DNA of 64,000 nt from Schizochytrium sp. TIO01 (lineage: Eukaryota; Protista; Bigyra: Labyrinthulomycetes), in assembly GCA_004764695.1 (NCBI GenBank), contig SMSO01000033.1, positions 1,550,001 through 1,614,000 on the forward strand, read 5' to 3'. Made by a program: the position numbers and the translations under genes. Under the pieces are notes generated by a model. The model saw nothing but the letters and a program-made list of their open reading frames with translations. It did not search any database and had not been told where the DNA came from. This document shows positions 13,047 through 24,830 of the stretch, piece after piece; the stretch's first letter is position 1, and each line of letters begins with the position of its first letter.

Positions 13047-13350
13047 TCAGGAGTAAAACGAAGGCTCGAGAACTCTAAATGCAATTATACCTCTCGTCCC
13101 CTGAGTAAGTTTCGTCTGCTTAGAAGCTCGCGTTGTCGAGCAAACTAAAGAGGATACGGGCTTGGGTTTCAACAACCGCAACAAAACTTTCCATTTTTTG
13201 TTGAATTGTTTTTCAGAATTCAGCCTTGGTTTTAGGTTTTTCCAAATTTTCTTTGATTTCGATTCCTTTGCTTTTCTTCTCAAACACTTTCGTGTTCGTA
13301 AGGGCATCTTTAAAGGACTTTCATTCTTGAGATTAAACTGCATCCGCCAT
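13047..13350 (-). pseudogene. Degraded coding remnant of unknown family (possibly retroelement ORF1-like)
   Basis: From the ATG at 13350 it reads MADAV*SQE*KSFKDALTNTKVFEKKSKGIEIKENLEKPKTKAEF*KTIQQKMESFVAVVETQARILF, a protein-like frame with interspersed stops. Confidence 0.25.
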
Positions 13351-14374
13351 GGATTATTATTTGCCTTTCACACTCCAACTGATTGGACCTCGTTATTCGA
13401 AAGGCCAATTATATAGAACCGTCCGCTGTTCCTGCTGCCGTGGGGACATTGTATAGTCTAGCAAAGGATCAGGATTCTGAGTGACAGAAAAGATCTCGTA
13501 CGGAGGTGCGTGCACAAGCTGATTAGTCGTGGCCTCGTGGCAGCAGGTAGGTATGGAAACAAAACAACGGAGCTCGTAAGACTTGCTCGAGGTGTGCACA
13601 AATAAATGAATACGCAAGCTCCACATTCAAGTTTCTATTCAAAACTTTTTAAAGTTCTTTTGTATTCTTTTTGTTATACCTAGTACCTTGATACATATCT
13701 AGTTCTTTTCTTTTTTTTGATGTTATGAGTTTTTCTCTGGGGAAGAAAAACCTCATGCTGTACATCGATACTCTCCAAAGGAGCGAGCGCGTTGCGTACA
13801 CAATGACATCAACCCGTGGCCACACTGGGACGAAGTTCGTTCTAAAGTGTAGGTAGTAGATGTGGTAGGTACTGGTTTCACCTCCTCTCAAGTTGGGGTT
13901 TATTTGTTCTCATCATCACAAATTGCAATCACTCAGAGTATTCTGCACATCATCATCGGGATTAAATGTCATTGATTGTCATTGCTCGATTTCGCCAACT
14001 TTTGCAATACCTCTCATGCAGAAGCCCCTCACTAATCTAGCAAGCAAAGCTCAGTACTTTCTGATCCAAAAAGCATTTTCTAGACAGCCGCGAATGTAAA
14101 TTCATCTTTTATTGTATTTTACTTATTATCAGGAAAGGAAGGCAAGCTAGCTCGAGCTCGGAGTTCCAAACCTTTGCAAGTCCCGGACTACCAAAGGCAG
14201 CTCTTTATGATCAGATTGTCTAAAGCAATTTGATCTTCAATCGGTTACTTCTCAACATTTCATTCCTTGTATATCTTGCGCCTTTATTTTGCATCTCCGG
14301 AGAGAATAATCATAGTGAGAAGAAGATGAGCCGAAAAGAAGTACGTATAATTATTTATTCAGGTGGATTCTATT

Positions 14375-14376
<2 letters not shown>

Positions 14377-14405
<29 letters not shown>
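14377..14405. repeat. Poly(T) tract, 29 nt
   Basis: Read directly from the sequence. Confidence 0.9.
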
Positions 14406-14408
<3 letters not shown>

Positions 14409-16052
14409 TTTGTGAATATATTTGTTTTCTTTTTTTTAATTTCTTCAGGCCAAAAAGTTTTAAGAGCATTTGGATTCCACCTCAAGTCATTGTCTTGCTT
14501 AAACTCTCTATGTTCAATTACCCAAGCTGCAATGACAGTCGGCGTATCATCTGATAAGAAGCAGGTTTCAAATTGAATATTGCCAGCTCATGAAAAAAAG
14601 GTTTCTTCGCTTCCCCGAATTGCCGCGAGCTTGCAAAACTTGGATTCATCCCCCCTGCTGCTGACTGTTTTTGTGCATTCCCCATATTCCCTGCTATGAA
14701 GTACTTTCTTCCTTCTAATTTTAATTGGATACTTCCTAGTGCTATTTATCCTTTTCTTTTAAATCGTAATTATATAGCACCTAGATACCTAGCTTGGTAT
14801 AGTTACGACTTCTCGTAAGTGTATTATATGTTTTGAAGTGGTTGGTGAGCAACAGCTACGAATTCTGAGATGATCGGCATTCATCTCGGCAACTTAAGAA
14901 AGCATTGCACATCCAAAGAACCTACCTATGTGCGCAACTGGAGTGCATCACTATCAATGTAAACGATATTGTCGACTGCAATTTTGTCAAGCCGTCCTTT
15001 ACAACTATTTTAAAATCAATCATAGCAGTCACCAAAATGAAAATGAAAATTTAGACTGCCTGCTACTAGCAGATGTAGCCACAGTCGCTCTCTTACTTCC
15101 AGGGCTTTTCAATTTCATGCATTTGTCCACCCATTTTGCAAAATTGAGTGCGATTGCAAGGAGATCTTACATTCGAACAAGATCCCATGCCGGTGCGCAC
15201 CTGCATATTATCGAATCAATTGGACACCGCCAGCCGCGAGAGCTACAAAGTTTGCAAACCGATGGAAATTGGGCTCGTGAAACTTCCTGAAGTAAATCCA
15301 CCTTCAACAGTACGTATTTACTACTACCAGGTACTAACTCCTCAAAATCATTTTTGCATATGAGTGTGTGCAAGTTTTGTGATACGAGTATTGAAATTAT
15401 TAGCAACCTTCTCTAGTGGGGAATCCCATTGCAACCAAAACCTCGCCAAATGAAGGGCAAATAACTTCTTATGATCAATTCTGCTCATCAAGACGAGCAT
15501 AGATATCAATTGATCATTTCAATGATAATCATTGCATGTATCAGACGAAACTTTATTAAATGAGTCTAAACATTGCAAAACCTAGCATCCTATGAAAACC
15601 AACACACGCACATGGTGACCAGTTACAGATGCTTTCGTAGTGGAATTTAGCAATGTACCTACTATGGGTTGAGTCCAAGATCGAACAAGCACTCAAGATC
15701 TAATCCAACAAACGTACAGAAATTTTGTAAATATTATAATGACCCGGAAACACTGTACCAGCTCGAACAACGCTTTTCTCATTATCAAACTAGGAATGGA
15801 TTCCCTTTCTCCTTACGGATGGCAGCACGAACAAGGCGAAAAAAATCAAGACAATTGTTTAAAGGGGCTAATTAGATTAAAGGGCTATAAAGAGGCTCAA
15901 AATAAATAGACCGAATAATTACGGAGGACAGCGGCACCACCACCCAACTTGAAGCCAATAAGTGCGGAAAGTATCAGCAAATCGTCTCTAGCTGCGTGGG
16001 TGTTTGCGCTGCGGTGGCGGCGAAGACATCCGGCGGGGCTTTCTGTGCTTGG

Positions 16053-17663
16053 ATGCTAAGCATCCTCTCGAGTTCAAGGCTAGGGCTATCTGGATTGCGT
16101 CTTGCCAGTCGTGTGCCAAGCACCGCGAGACGTCCGCTACACAGTTCCTCCAGCTCGGCTCAGTCCTGGTTCGACCGCTTCACAATGACGTCTAACGCTG
16201 AAGACACTACCGTCAAGACGGGTGAGAACACCGCACAAGAGGCACCAAACGTCTCACAGACCACCGACCAGAACGGTCAAGAAGCCAACAGCGATGCCCA
16301 AAACTCTATCTCTGACGCAGCCAATATCTTGGATGAGGATGTGCCTTCATACGTGTCCAAGAGTAAGAAGCGGTATGTGATCATGTTTGGGTACAGCGGC
16401 ATCGGGTACAAGGGACTTCAAATTCAGCCGGAGGTCAAGACCATTGAGGGCACCCTGGAGGATGCAATCTGCAAAACAGGTGTAGTCAAGAAAGAGAACA
16501 TGGGTGACCTTCGGAAGAGCGGGTGGTCCCGGGCGGCTCGTACTGACAAAGGTGTGCATGCGCTGGGACAAATTGTGTCCCTACGCATGGCCATTGAGCC
16601 GTCGGAGCCTGAAATTGAGAGCTTCCGTGCGGCGCTGAACAAGGAGCTGCCGGATGACATTCATGTCTTTGGAATTTTGCGGACCGTAAAGTCCTTCAAC
16701 TCGAAGAACGCATGCTCAGGACGAAAATACGAATACTTGATTCCTACATTCATGCTCACGGCGCCGAATGAGCTTCTTGAGGAGGCCCAGAAACTTGATG
16801 TGCGCCCTGATGAAGAGAAGGAAGCTAAAAATGACAATTCAAACAATGATGAAGATGCTGTCGCACCCGAATATTTGCTCAAGCAGAGTGAACTCCTTCG
16901 CTCCAAATCCCCGGCCATGGATGATGCCACTCACAAGCGCCTCAGTGACGCCCTCCAATGCTACGTTGGCACAAAGTACTTCCACAACTTTACTCCCCGT
17001 ATGGCGGGTGATGATCCTCGCGCACAGCGCTACATCAAAGAAATTACACTTGACAAGCCCTTTCAAGTTGAGGGCATTGATGTGGTGCGGGTTAACATCG
17101 AGGGCCAGAGTTTTATGCTCAATCAGATTCGTCTTATGATTGCTGCCGCTATTGAGGTCACCCGCCGTGGTCTCGATGCTGAAAAGGTTATTGGCGACCT
17201 GCTTGACAGGGAAAAGGCTTTCTCTTTTGTGATGGCACCTGGTGAGGGTCTTGCCTTGCGTGCGTGCCTCTATGAATACTACAACAAAAAGTACGGATCA
17301 GACTACGCAGAGGGCTGCGCCGCGGCCTCTAACATGTATGAGTCCATTCAGTTTGAGGAGGGCCCGATCGCTGAGGAGGTTGAAGAATTCCGCGCGAAGC
17401 AGATCTACCCTGTCATTGCAAACCAGGAGCTGAAGAACTGTGTCTTCACGGACTGGCTTTTGAGCTCTACCTCCAGAACTTTCCCGCCTAATCTCAAGTC
17501 TGCTCGCAACTACGAGGATTACAAGGAGAAGCTCGAAACTAACAAACGCGAGTTTGTTGAAAAGCGCATTGCGGAAAAGAAACGCACAAACAATACGTCG
17601 GTGCAAGCACTTGAGGACGAGATCATGGGATTTTGCAACTCCAAGCGCAACAACCGTGGATAA
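16053..17663 (+). CDS. PUS1: tRNA pseudouridine synthase, TruA/Pus1 family
   Basis: GYSGIGYKGLQ, catalytic RAARTDKGVHA, GRKYEYLIP, YVGTKYFHNFT, GQSFMLNQIRLM, APGEGLAL. First ATG at 16053, second in-frame ATG at 16185. Confidence 0.9.
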   Translation: MLSILSSSRLGLSGLRLASRVPSTARRPLHSSSSSAQSWFDRFTMTSNAEDTTVKTGENTAQEAPNVSQTTDQNGQEANSDAQNSISDAANILDEDVPSYVSKSKKRYVIMFGYSGIGYKGLQIQPEVKTIEGTLEDAICKTGVVKKENMGDLRKSGWSRAARTDKGVHALGQIVSLRMAIEPSEPEIESFRAALNKELPDDIHVFGILRTVKSFNSKNACSGRKYEYLIPTFMLTAPNELLEEAQKLDVRPDEEKEAKNDNSNNDEDAVAPEYLLKQSELLRSKSPAMDDATHKRLSDALQCYVGTKYFHNFTPRMAGDDPRAQRYIKEITLDKPFQVEGIDVVRVNIEGQSFMLNQIRLMIAAAIEVTRRGLDAEKVIGDLLDREKAFSFVMAPGEGLALRACLYEYYNKKYGSDYAEGCAAASNMYESIQFEEGPIAEEVEEFRAKQIYPVIANQELKNCVFTDWLLSSTSRTFPPNLKSARNYEDYKEKLETNKREFVEKRIAEKKRTNNTSVQALEDEIMGFCNSKRNNRG

Positions 17664-18229
17664 GGAGAATGCATCGTTTGACTTGCAAACAATCATGTCC
17701 TCAACATACTTTTCATGCTTCGCTCTGTTTCCTCCATGTACGATGGAAAGAAAAATGGTTTGGAGCAAACAGACTAAAACTACCACCAACCAGGTAGGAG
17801 GTAGGTACTACCAAACGCACATATTCATATCATATAAGTCGCTTTAACGAGATAAACGATCAGACTTCTTAGCAGATGTTTCATATTCATCGTTACCTAC
17901 AAATAACTGCAAACCCTTTCCCAAGCCACTTTACATTGAGTTGGCCCAAGAGATCGTCTGGGTGGTGAAAAGCGGCACAAAGCAACGTATATTCAGTCAT
18001 ATATATCATTTTTTAGTTTTAAAAAAAAGAAAAAGATTAAAAAAGATTAAAAATGCAATTCCTTCTATTCTAGTATCTTGGTTCTTCTAAATGCAAATAT
18101 GCAGTGCAAGAAAAATGTATCCTTGTCTGCTTGTAATACCCCCACCCCCAACCCCATCCCCACCTAAAATTGGAGGCTCATTAAAATTGATACGCTTGCT
18201 GCTATTGAGAAATAGCTTCAAACTTATTA

Positions 18230-21200
18230 TCAACGATATAGATAAATCTGAAAGACAATAAATAGCTGCAAAAAGACGATAGTTAGCAAGAGCAAAAGTT
18301 GCAGTCGTTGAGGAGGATTTGCCTCCTGCCAAGCCTTGGAATAAAATGCTGGCTCCAGCAACTCTCCCAAAAACTCTTGCAAGCTCGTCTTTAGAGTCTC
18401 GGCAGACTCAGAAGATACGGCTCCAGAACTAGCACTCTCCGAAGTTTCTGCACCCTTAGAAGGAGAAACAACACTAGTCGCACCCCGAGCGGCAGCTCCC
18501 AATGATGCTGGTTCCGTTGGCATCTTTGTCTTTGCAAGCTCAATCCACGCGACCATATTACGCTTACCCGTTGCAATATTTTCTTTTTCGATTTTACCCT
18601 TTAAAAAGGGCACGGACACAGCCTTGAGCCATTTTACACGGCACGTGACATCAAGCCGACACCACGATTCGTCAGGATGAGTTTTGCGGGTATTTGTCAT
18701 TTCTGTCAGAACATATCGCGTACGAACCATGAAAGAGTCTGAAAATGGGAAACCAGCAAGGGACGTGTCACAGTTTAGCACGACCTGTCTTGGCATGGCT
18801 GTCTCAGGAACGATGAAAACCTCATCAGTGTCATCCTTGGGAATTACACCGACTACGCGCTGAACCTGAGTTGATCTAGCGACCTGCTTTCCCCAGGGAC
18901 TACTGCCTACCGGATGTGCAAATGACGAAACCCGAATGATTGATGGTTTCGTCGGGGTTTCATCATCTTCATTTAAGTAAGAAGCATCAGGGTACTCGTC
19001 ACGGTGATATGCTTGCACATCGGTATCTGCATTTGCCGTGAAACGGAAGGACTCAAAGTCCTGTTCGTAATCTCCAGAGGTTTCGCCAAATTCTCGGCCG
19101 ATATCACAATCAACGGGGAGTGTGAGATCAAGCTTTTGGCGTCCAAGAAAAAGCACGGCCGCAACAGTTTCGATCGATCCTCTCCAGAATGAGGTGCTGA
19201 GCTCTTTGTGATCTGTGAGCGATTTAGGTACGTCCACCTTCCAACATGGGCAGGGCTCTGAGCTGGGCGGTCTAAGGCATTGCACACAAGGTTGTGAAAA
19301 TGCTCCACTGCCACCAGATTCCTTCGAAGAACCGTCACTTGAACTTACATCACCACCGCTTCGCTCTTTGGCTTCAACCATCTCTTGTACTTCCTGAGTA
19401 GAGAGACCAAGGCGAAGGAATCCAGAATTGCGCGTCTTGCGAGTGTCAGGCGAGCTTGTGCCAGCAGAGGAAGTTCCACTAGAACCGTCCGCAGCTCCTA
19501 CAGTCCCTTCTTGTTCGGCACCCACACCTGTGCCAATGACTAATTTGTTTCCCTTGTAACCTTCGCCAAGCCTGGGGTCAAGCTCGTGCCAGGGAGCTCC
19601 GTCTTCAAACTTCTTGTTCGTGCCTTTTTCTACCAGATCCCTGTTAACACCAGCAAGCTGTACAAGGCGATCATGGCACTTGTCCCGATGAAAAAGAGAA
19701 GTAAATGTAAGTTCTGGAGGCGATTGTCCAGCACTGCGTGGCTGCAAACGAACAACTAGTGTATTCGCCACTAAACCCCAGGCTGTAGCCGCCTTGATGA
19801 CTTTGGTCACATTTGCCAAGTGCACTACAAGCTTGCAGCTCCCAAACACAGGTTCATAAATTGCTAATGTACTGAAGCACAAAAACTGTTTTGTAAGGAT
19901 CAAGCGCCCTTGCTGGGGAACCTTTCCGGGAAGGTAGGCACAGGAATATGATGCAACAATCGTTTCATTTGGAGGTAAGCCATATTCTTCGGTCAACATC
20001 TCACTTTCAGTGAGTTTAAGCTTTTTCTTCTGGAAGGCAGCTCGTGGGTTAGGCGCTCCAAGTTTTTCGCCCTCCTCATCCTCGTCAGTGCTGGCATCCT
20101 CATCCTCATTGTCATCCTCACCATCAGCATTCTTAGTTACGCTCTCGAACGGGCCTTGAATCAAAGCCTCGCTTGGTTGCGGGGGCGCCTGAGTTGTGAA
20201 TCTGTCAATGTCTTTTACGGGGTCCATCTTTTTTAGCTCCTGCATCATTTTGCGGTCTAGCTGTTGAATCGTTGCAGTGTAATTTCCGGCGTCAAGAACA
20301 AGCTTCTCAAGACCATGTTTCATGTCCTTTGTCTTAGTTTGATGAATTGAAACAAAGCCTGAAACAGTTCCAGCAATCTGTACTGCAAAAGCTTTAATCT
20401 GGGCTTCGAGACGATCCGAGCACTCCTCCACCTCGTCTTGCAGGGTGGCTCGCTGCTCCTGAAGAATGGAAAGACGGTGCGACATCTTATCATATTTATC
20501 CTCCGCTTCTGCAAGAGCTTCAGACTGGGTTGGCCCAGAGAGACGAAAGAGTCGCTTAACAACACTCTTGCTACCGCCTGCTGCAGAAGAACCGGCCGTG
20601 CCGCCACTAGCGACGGAACTAGTGTCGTCATCAATAACTGGAACCTGCGCATTCGCCTCATTGTTATCAGCCCCCGTATGAATACCTGAAGTATCTGTCG
20701 CCCCTTCAACGTCGGACGTAGCAGCCCCACCCTCAGCAGAAATGGGTGTCTCGCCATTACTTGCCAATTGCTGGTCTGGGGTTGCTGCCCCTGCACGTTC
20801 GTCATTATCATGAAGAGTGTTACGAATTTTGGCACGAAGGTCTGAAACCTCGCTTAAAGCTCGCTCTCGCGACCCGCCAATACGTCCTATATTTTCATCA
20901 CAGTGGTCGACTCGTGCGCGGGCCTCTTTAAGTGAGTGTGCAACCAATTGGAGTTCTTTATGAGCTGCTGAGCGAGCAGCTAGTACCTGCTTACGTGAAG
21001 ATTCATAAGCATGCCCTACCGCTCCAAAGGTATCCGCTACAGCGTTAAGCTTGGCTGCAAAATCAGCCACCACCATAGAGCTTTGTTTCATAATAACCAT
21101 GAACATACGCCAAGCTTGGCGCTCAGTCTCTTTTGTTTCCTCTTCAGAAAACACGTCTCCATATTCACAACTAACACGTAGGTGCTCAAGATTTTTGGTT

Positions 21201-22447
21201 GAAGCAAGAGCATCAATATCCTTTGCCCTCTGGTCCATGGCAGCAGCCAACTCGCGTGAGACGCTCTCTGCCACACGAGCAGTCATTGCCCAGTTTTTAC
21301 AGGTACTCGAAGCGGCCTCTACACTAGCAGAAGCCACATCCGGTTCCACCCCACCAAGAACTTCGTAAACTGTCGTTGGAAGGTCCGAGGAAGGATCACT
21401 TGGACTTTTCTGCGAACTCAGATCAACAATGGAGTTGACATCGGCCTGGACCTCCCCAAGAGGGTCGAGGTTAGAGACGATATTTTCCAGTGCAGATACA
21501 ACCTCCTCACTAAAGCTGAGCACCTGCTGATCAGCCTCTGCCATTGCGTCGACGCAAATGAGCATTGTTTCGGCACGATGAAGCCACAAGGTGTACATGT
21601 GAGAGAGAAACTCTCTTAGGCTAGAACGTTGGGCACGTGCTTGTTTCTCATATTTTACTGCAGCCTGTTGAACGGCGAGTGCAGATCCAGTTTCCCGCGC
21701 ACGCTCTACAGAAGCTAACAGTGTCTTAGTTTCACGCTGAATACTCGTTTGCCCATTGCTCCACTCTTGCAGCTGCTTACGGTGATCCTTAATCAGGGGT
21801 GCAAGAACAGCATCTGCCTGAGTAAGAACGCATTGCTGCATGCCCAGATGATGTTTGCCCAAGCTCTGAAACCCGCCTACAATAGCCGCTACAGCTGCCA
21901 CCATGCCAGTTTCAGACCCTGCGTGCACCTCATTAAGTACATTTGCTGATACAATAATCTTATCAAGGCTGGATCCATATTTGCCCTCTGCCTCTGCCCA
22001 AGTTTGCAAAATCGTAATGCAGTCCCGCGTTTTGTCAAGCCAATCGGAAACCTGTACGCGCGCTGCATCAGGGCTCATCCGCAATTCTTTGACAAAGTCT
22101 CGCTCCAGCTTTGAGGAGTAATTACTCAGCTTATGCTTTGGATGTACATCCCCACTGCCATGCGAGTCCTTATTCTTCGCATCGCCAGTTTGTTCTTTAT
22201 CCTCACAAGAGCTCTTTGAGGTCGTTGTTTTCAAATCTGTTTCACCACGATCTACAGAAGACAACTTCTCTGGTGATTTCGTGCCTACATTAGCCTTCAC
22301 ATCCGCAGTATCTCCTTGAGATTTCGCAATAGACTCCATCGTTTTAGAAGGCGATGGTGTCTGCACCGCGCCAGTCACCGACGAGGGGGTTTGCGTTGAA
22401 GATGCCGAACCTCGGGCATCCCCATCTTTGCAGGTGAGGCCAGGCAT
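18230..22447 (-). CDS. LAM/Aster (GRAMD1)-family sterol transfer protein: N-terminal (F-)BAR-like coiled regions + GRAM + VASt + C-terminal TM (1405 aa)
   Basis: GRAM motif YGLPPNETIVASYSCAY..QQGRLILTKQFLCF..FTSLFHRDKC; VASt motif GFPFSDSFMVRTRY..VTCRVKWLK..LKGKIEK; TM LLLLLTIVFLQLFIVFQIY; F-BAR-like WAEAEGKYGSSLDKI in the N-terminal half. Confidence 0.8.
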   Translation of the reverse strand: MPGLTCKDGDARGSASSTQTPSSVTGAVQTPSPSKTMESIAKSQGDTADVKANVGTKSPEKLSSVDRGETDLKTTTSKSSCEDKEQTGDAKNKDSHGSGDVHPKHKLSNYSSKLERDFVKELRMSPDAARVQVSDWLDKTRDCITILQTWAEAEGKYGSSLDKIIVSANVLNEVHAGSETGMVAAVAAIVGGFQSLGKHHLGMQQCVLTQADAVLAPLIKDHRKQLQEWSNGQTSIQRETKTLLASVERARETGSALAVQQAAVKYEKQARAQRSSLREFLSHMYTLWLHRAETMLICVDAMAEADQQVLSFSEEVVSALENIVSNLDPLGEVQADVNSIVDLSSQKSPSDPSSDLPTTVYEVLGGVEPDVASASVEAASSTCKNWAMTARVAESVSRELAAAMDQRAKDIDALASTKNLEHLRVSCEYGDVFSEEETKETERQAWRMFMVIMKQSSMVVADFAAKLNAVADTFGAVGHAYESSRKQVLAARSAAHKELQLVAHSLKEARARVDHCDENIGRIGGSRERALSEVSDLRAKIRNTLHDNDERAGAATPDQQLASNGETPISAEGGAATSDVEGATDTSGIHTGADNNEANAQVPVIDDDTSSVASGGTAGSSAAGGSKSVVKRLFRLSGPTQSEALAEAEDKYDKMSHRLSILQEQRATLQDEVEECSDRLEAQIKAFAVQIAGTVSGFVSIHQTKTKDMKHGLEKLVLDAGNYTATIQQLDRKMMQELKKMDPVKDIDRFTTQAPPQPSEALIQGPFESVTKNADGEDDNEDEDASTDEDEEGEKLGAPNPRAAFQKKKLKLTESEMLTEEYGLPPNETIVASYSCAYLPGKVPQQGRLILTKQFLCFSTLAIYEPVFGSCKLVVHLANVTKVIKAATAWGLVANTLVVRLQPRSAGQSPPELTFTSLFHRDKCHDRLVQLAGVNRDLVEKGTNKKFEDGAPWHELDPRLGEGYKGNKLVIGTGVGAEQEGTVGAADGSSGTSSAGTSSPDTRKTRNSGFLRLGLSTQEVQEMVEAKERSGGDVSSSDGSSKESGGSGAFSQPCVQCLRPPSSEPCPCWKVDVPKSLTDHKELSTSFWRGSIETVAAVLFLGRQKLDLTLPVDCDIGREFGETSGDYEQDFESFRFTANADTDVQAYHRDEYPDASYLNEDDETPTKPSIIRVSSFAHPVGSSPWGKQVARSTQVQRVVGVIPKDDTDEVFIVPETAMPRQVVLNCDTSLAGFPFSDSFMVRTRYVLTEMTNTRKTHPDESWCRLDVTCRVKWLKAVSVPFLKGKIEKENIATGKRNMVAWIELAKTKMPTEPASLGAAARGATSVVSPSKGAETSESASSGAVSSESAETLKTSLQEFLGELLEPAFYSKAWQEANPPQRLQLLLLLTIVFLQLFIVFQIYLYR

Positions 22448-23503
22448 CGTTGCTTGTTGATGTCTAGGAAGGAGCCTTTTTCAGGTTTCCACACGCCGCA
22501 AAGGCCTTCGCCTCCCAAATCTGCAGAGCTAGCGGCCCTCGCTGCGCCGCACAGCACTGCAAATCGACGTTTGCTCAGCCTACCTTGTCGCTGATCGATT
22601 TGAATCGATCAATTCGTCGCTGACTTTCTACTTCTTTCTTCTTCCCATATTATCTTTAGTAGAAAAGACTAGGCCAGTTTCCCCATACTCCTACTATGAA
22701 CATCTAGCTAGCCAGCTAGGTAAAAGATATTGCAAACTAACTAGGAACTGAACTAATGGTCTATGCAAAGAAGTGGCCTATCTCGAGGCTGGTTCTCCCT
22801 CCTTCAGAACTCACTGATGCATTTTGCGTTGCGCTGTGAGGTCGTTCTTCTATTCTTTTCTTTTTTAAGCTGCAAAGTAAACCGGAACGGAACGGGGATC
22901 CTCGGCCCCTTGGATGTATGTAGACTGGTGCCGAGATGAGCCTGCTTTTTGCTTGCCTACGTGAAGCCCGCTGATGAAGCTGCCAGGTCTTGACTGTAGA
23001 GAGGTTTAGGCGGTGAGTGTAGTCAGTCAACCAGCTGAAATTGAAGACGAATCAGATTGAGAATTCTTTTTTTATATCTCTATGCAGGGCAACATCACTT
23101 GTTTCATGCACTAGAAAAGTTAGCTCCAAGGATGTTATGTTGCCCACGTAGTTAAGTAACAAAATCGAAAGTAACGATGAGTACGGTCTTCTTCTGAGTA
23201 GCGTGACAGAACGAATACAAAGACAACAGCATCGCAGCCATGGTGTCAGAATAGAGACCATCCACAAAAGCGTATTACAATTGCAGAAATGCGTTTGAGC
23301 AGCAGCCTTTCTCAAGTATAGGATGTATGAACAGTTTAGTAGTTTAAGACGAATCTAGGTTGGTTGCCTAAGGCGGTCAAGGATTTCACAACACACGAGC
23401 GAAGCTGCTTGTGGTTGCGTGGAGTGATTTGTGTATTCAATCAGCCAAGCAAGGATGTTATTGTTGTTTTCGAGAGGATGGTTTGTCCAGGTTTAGTAAG
23501 AGT

Positions 23504-23519
23504 GGTGTTGATTAACACC
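23504..23519 (-). terminator. Histone 3'-end stem-loop of H3 (GGTGTT-AATC-AACACC)
   Basis: 6-bp stem and 4-nt loop about 114 nt after the H3 stop; lies in a 28-nt block 27/28 identical to the block after H4. Confidence 0.85.
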
Positions 23520-23581
23520 AGTTGGGTTTGGTTTGGTTTGTAAAGTTGAGTCAGAAGATCATGACTCGCGCCAGGGACGCC

Positions 23582-23583
<2 letters not shown>

Positions 23584-23616
<33 letters not shown>
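23584..23616. repeat. (TGC)11 / (GCA)11 trinucleotide repeat in the H3 3' UTR
   Basis: Read directly from the sequence. Confidence 0.9.
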
Positions 23617-23632
23617 GTGAGCGGCTGCAGAT

Positions 23633-24367
<735 letters not shown>

Positions 24368-24397
24368 GAAGTCGAATAGACTCCAGAAACCAACTAG

Positions 24398-24715
<318 letters not shown>

Positions 24716-24814
24716 GCGTCTTCGCGACCTTTACCGCAAGAGCAGCTTATTTCAAAAAGAAGCTCGCAAACCCGCGCCTGCTTTGGCAGCGTAAAACCTC
24801 AAACAAAACCAACT

Positions 24815-24830
24815 GGTGTTAGTCAACACC
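24815..24830 (+). terminator. Histone 3'-end stem-loop of H4 (GGTGTT-AGTC-AACACC)
   Basis: 6-bp stem and 4-nt loop 100 nt after the H4 stop; same element as downstream of H3. Confidence 0.85.

Noticed and set aside
23052-23315. Small-GTPase-like words (GCDAVVFVF) on the minus strand
   Set aside because: Too short and interrupted; no P-loop found
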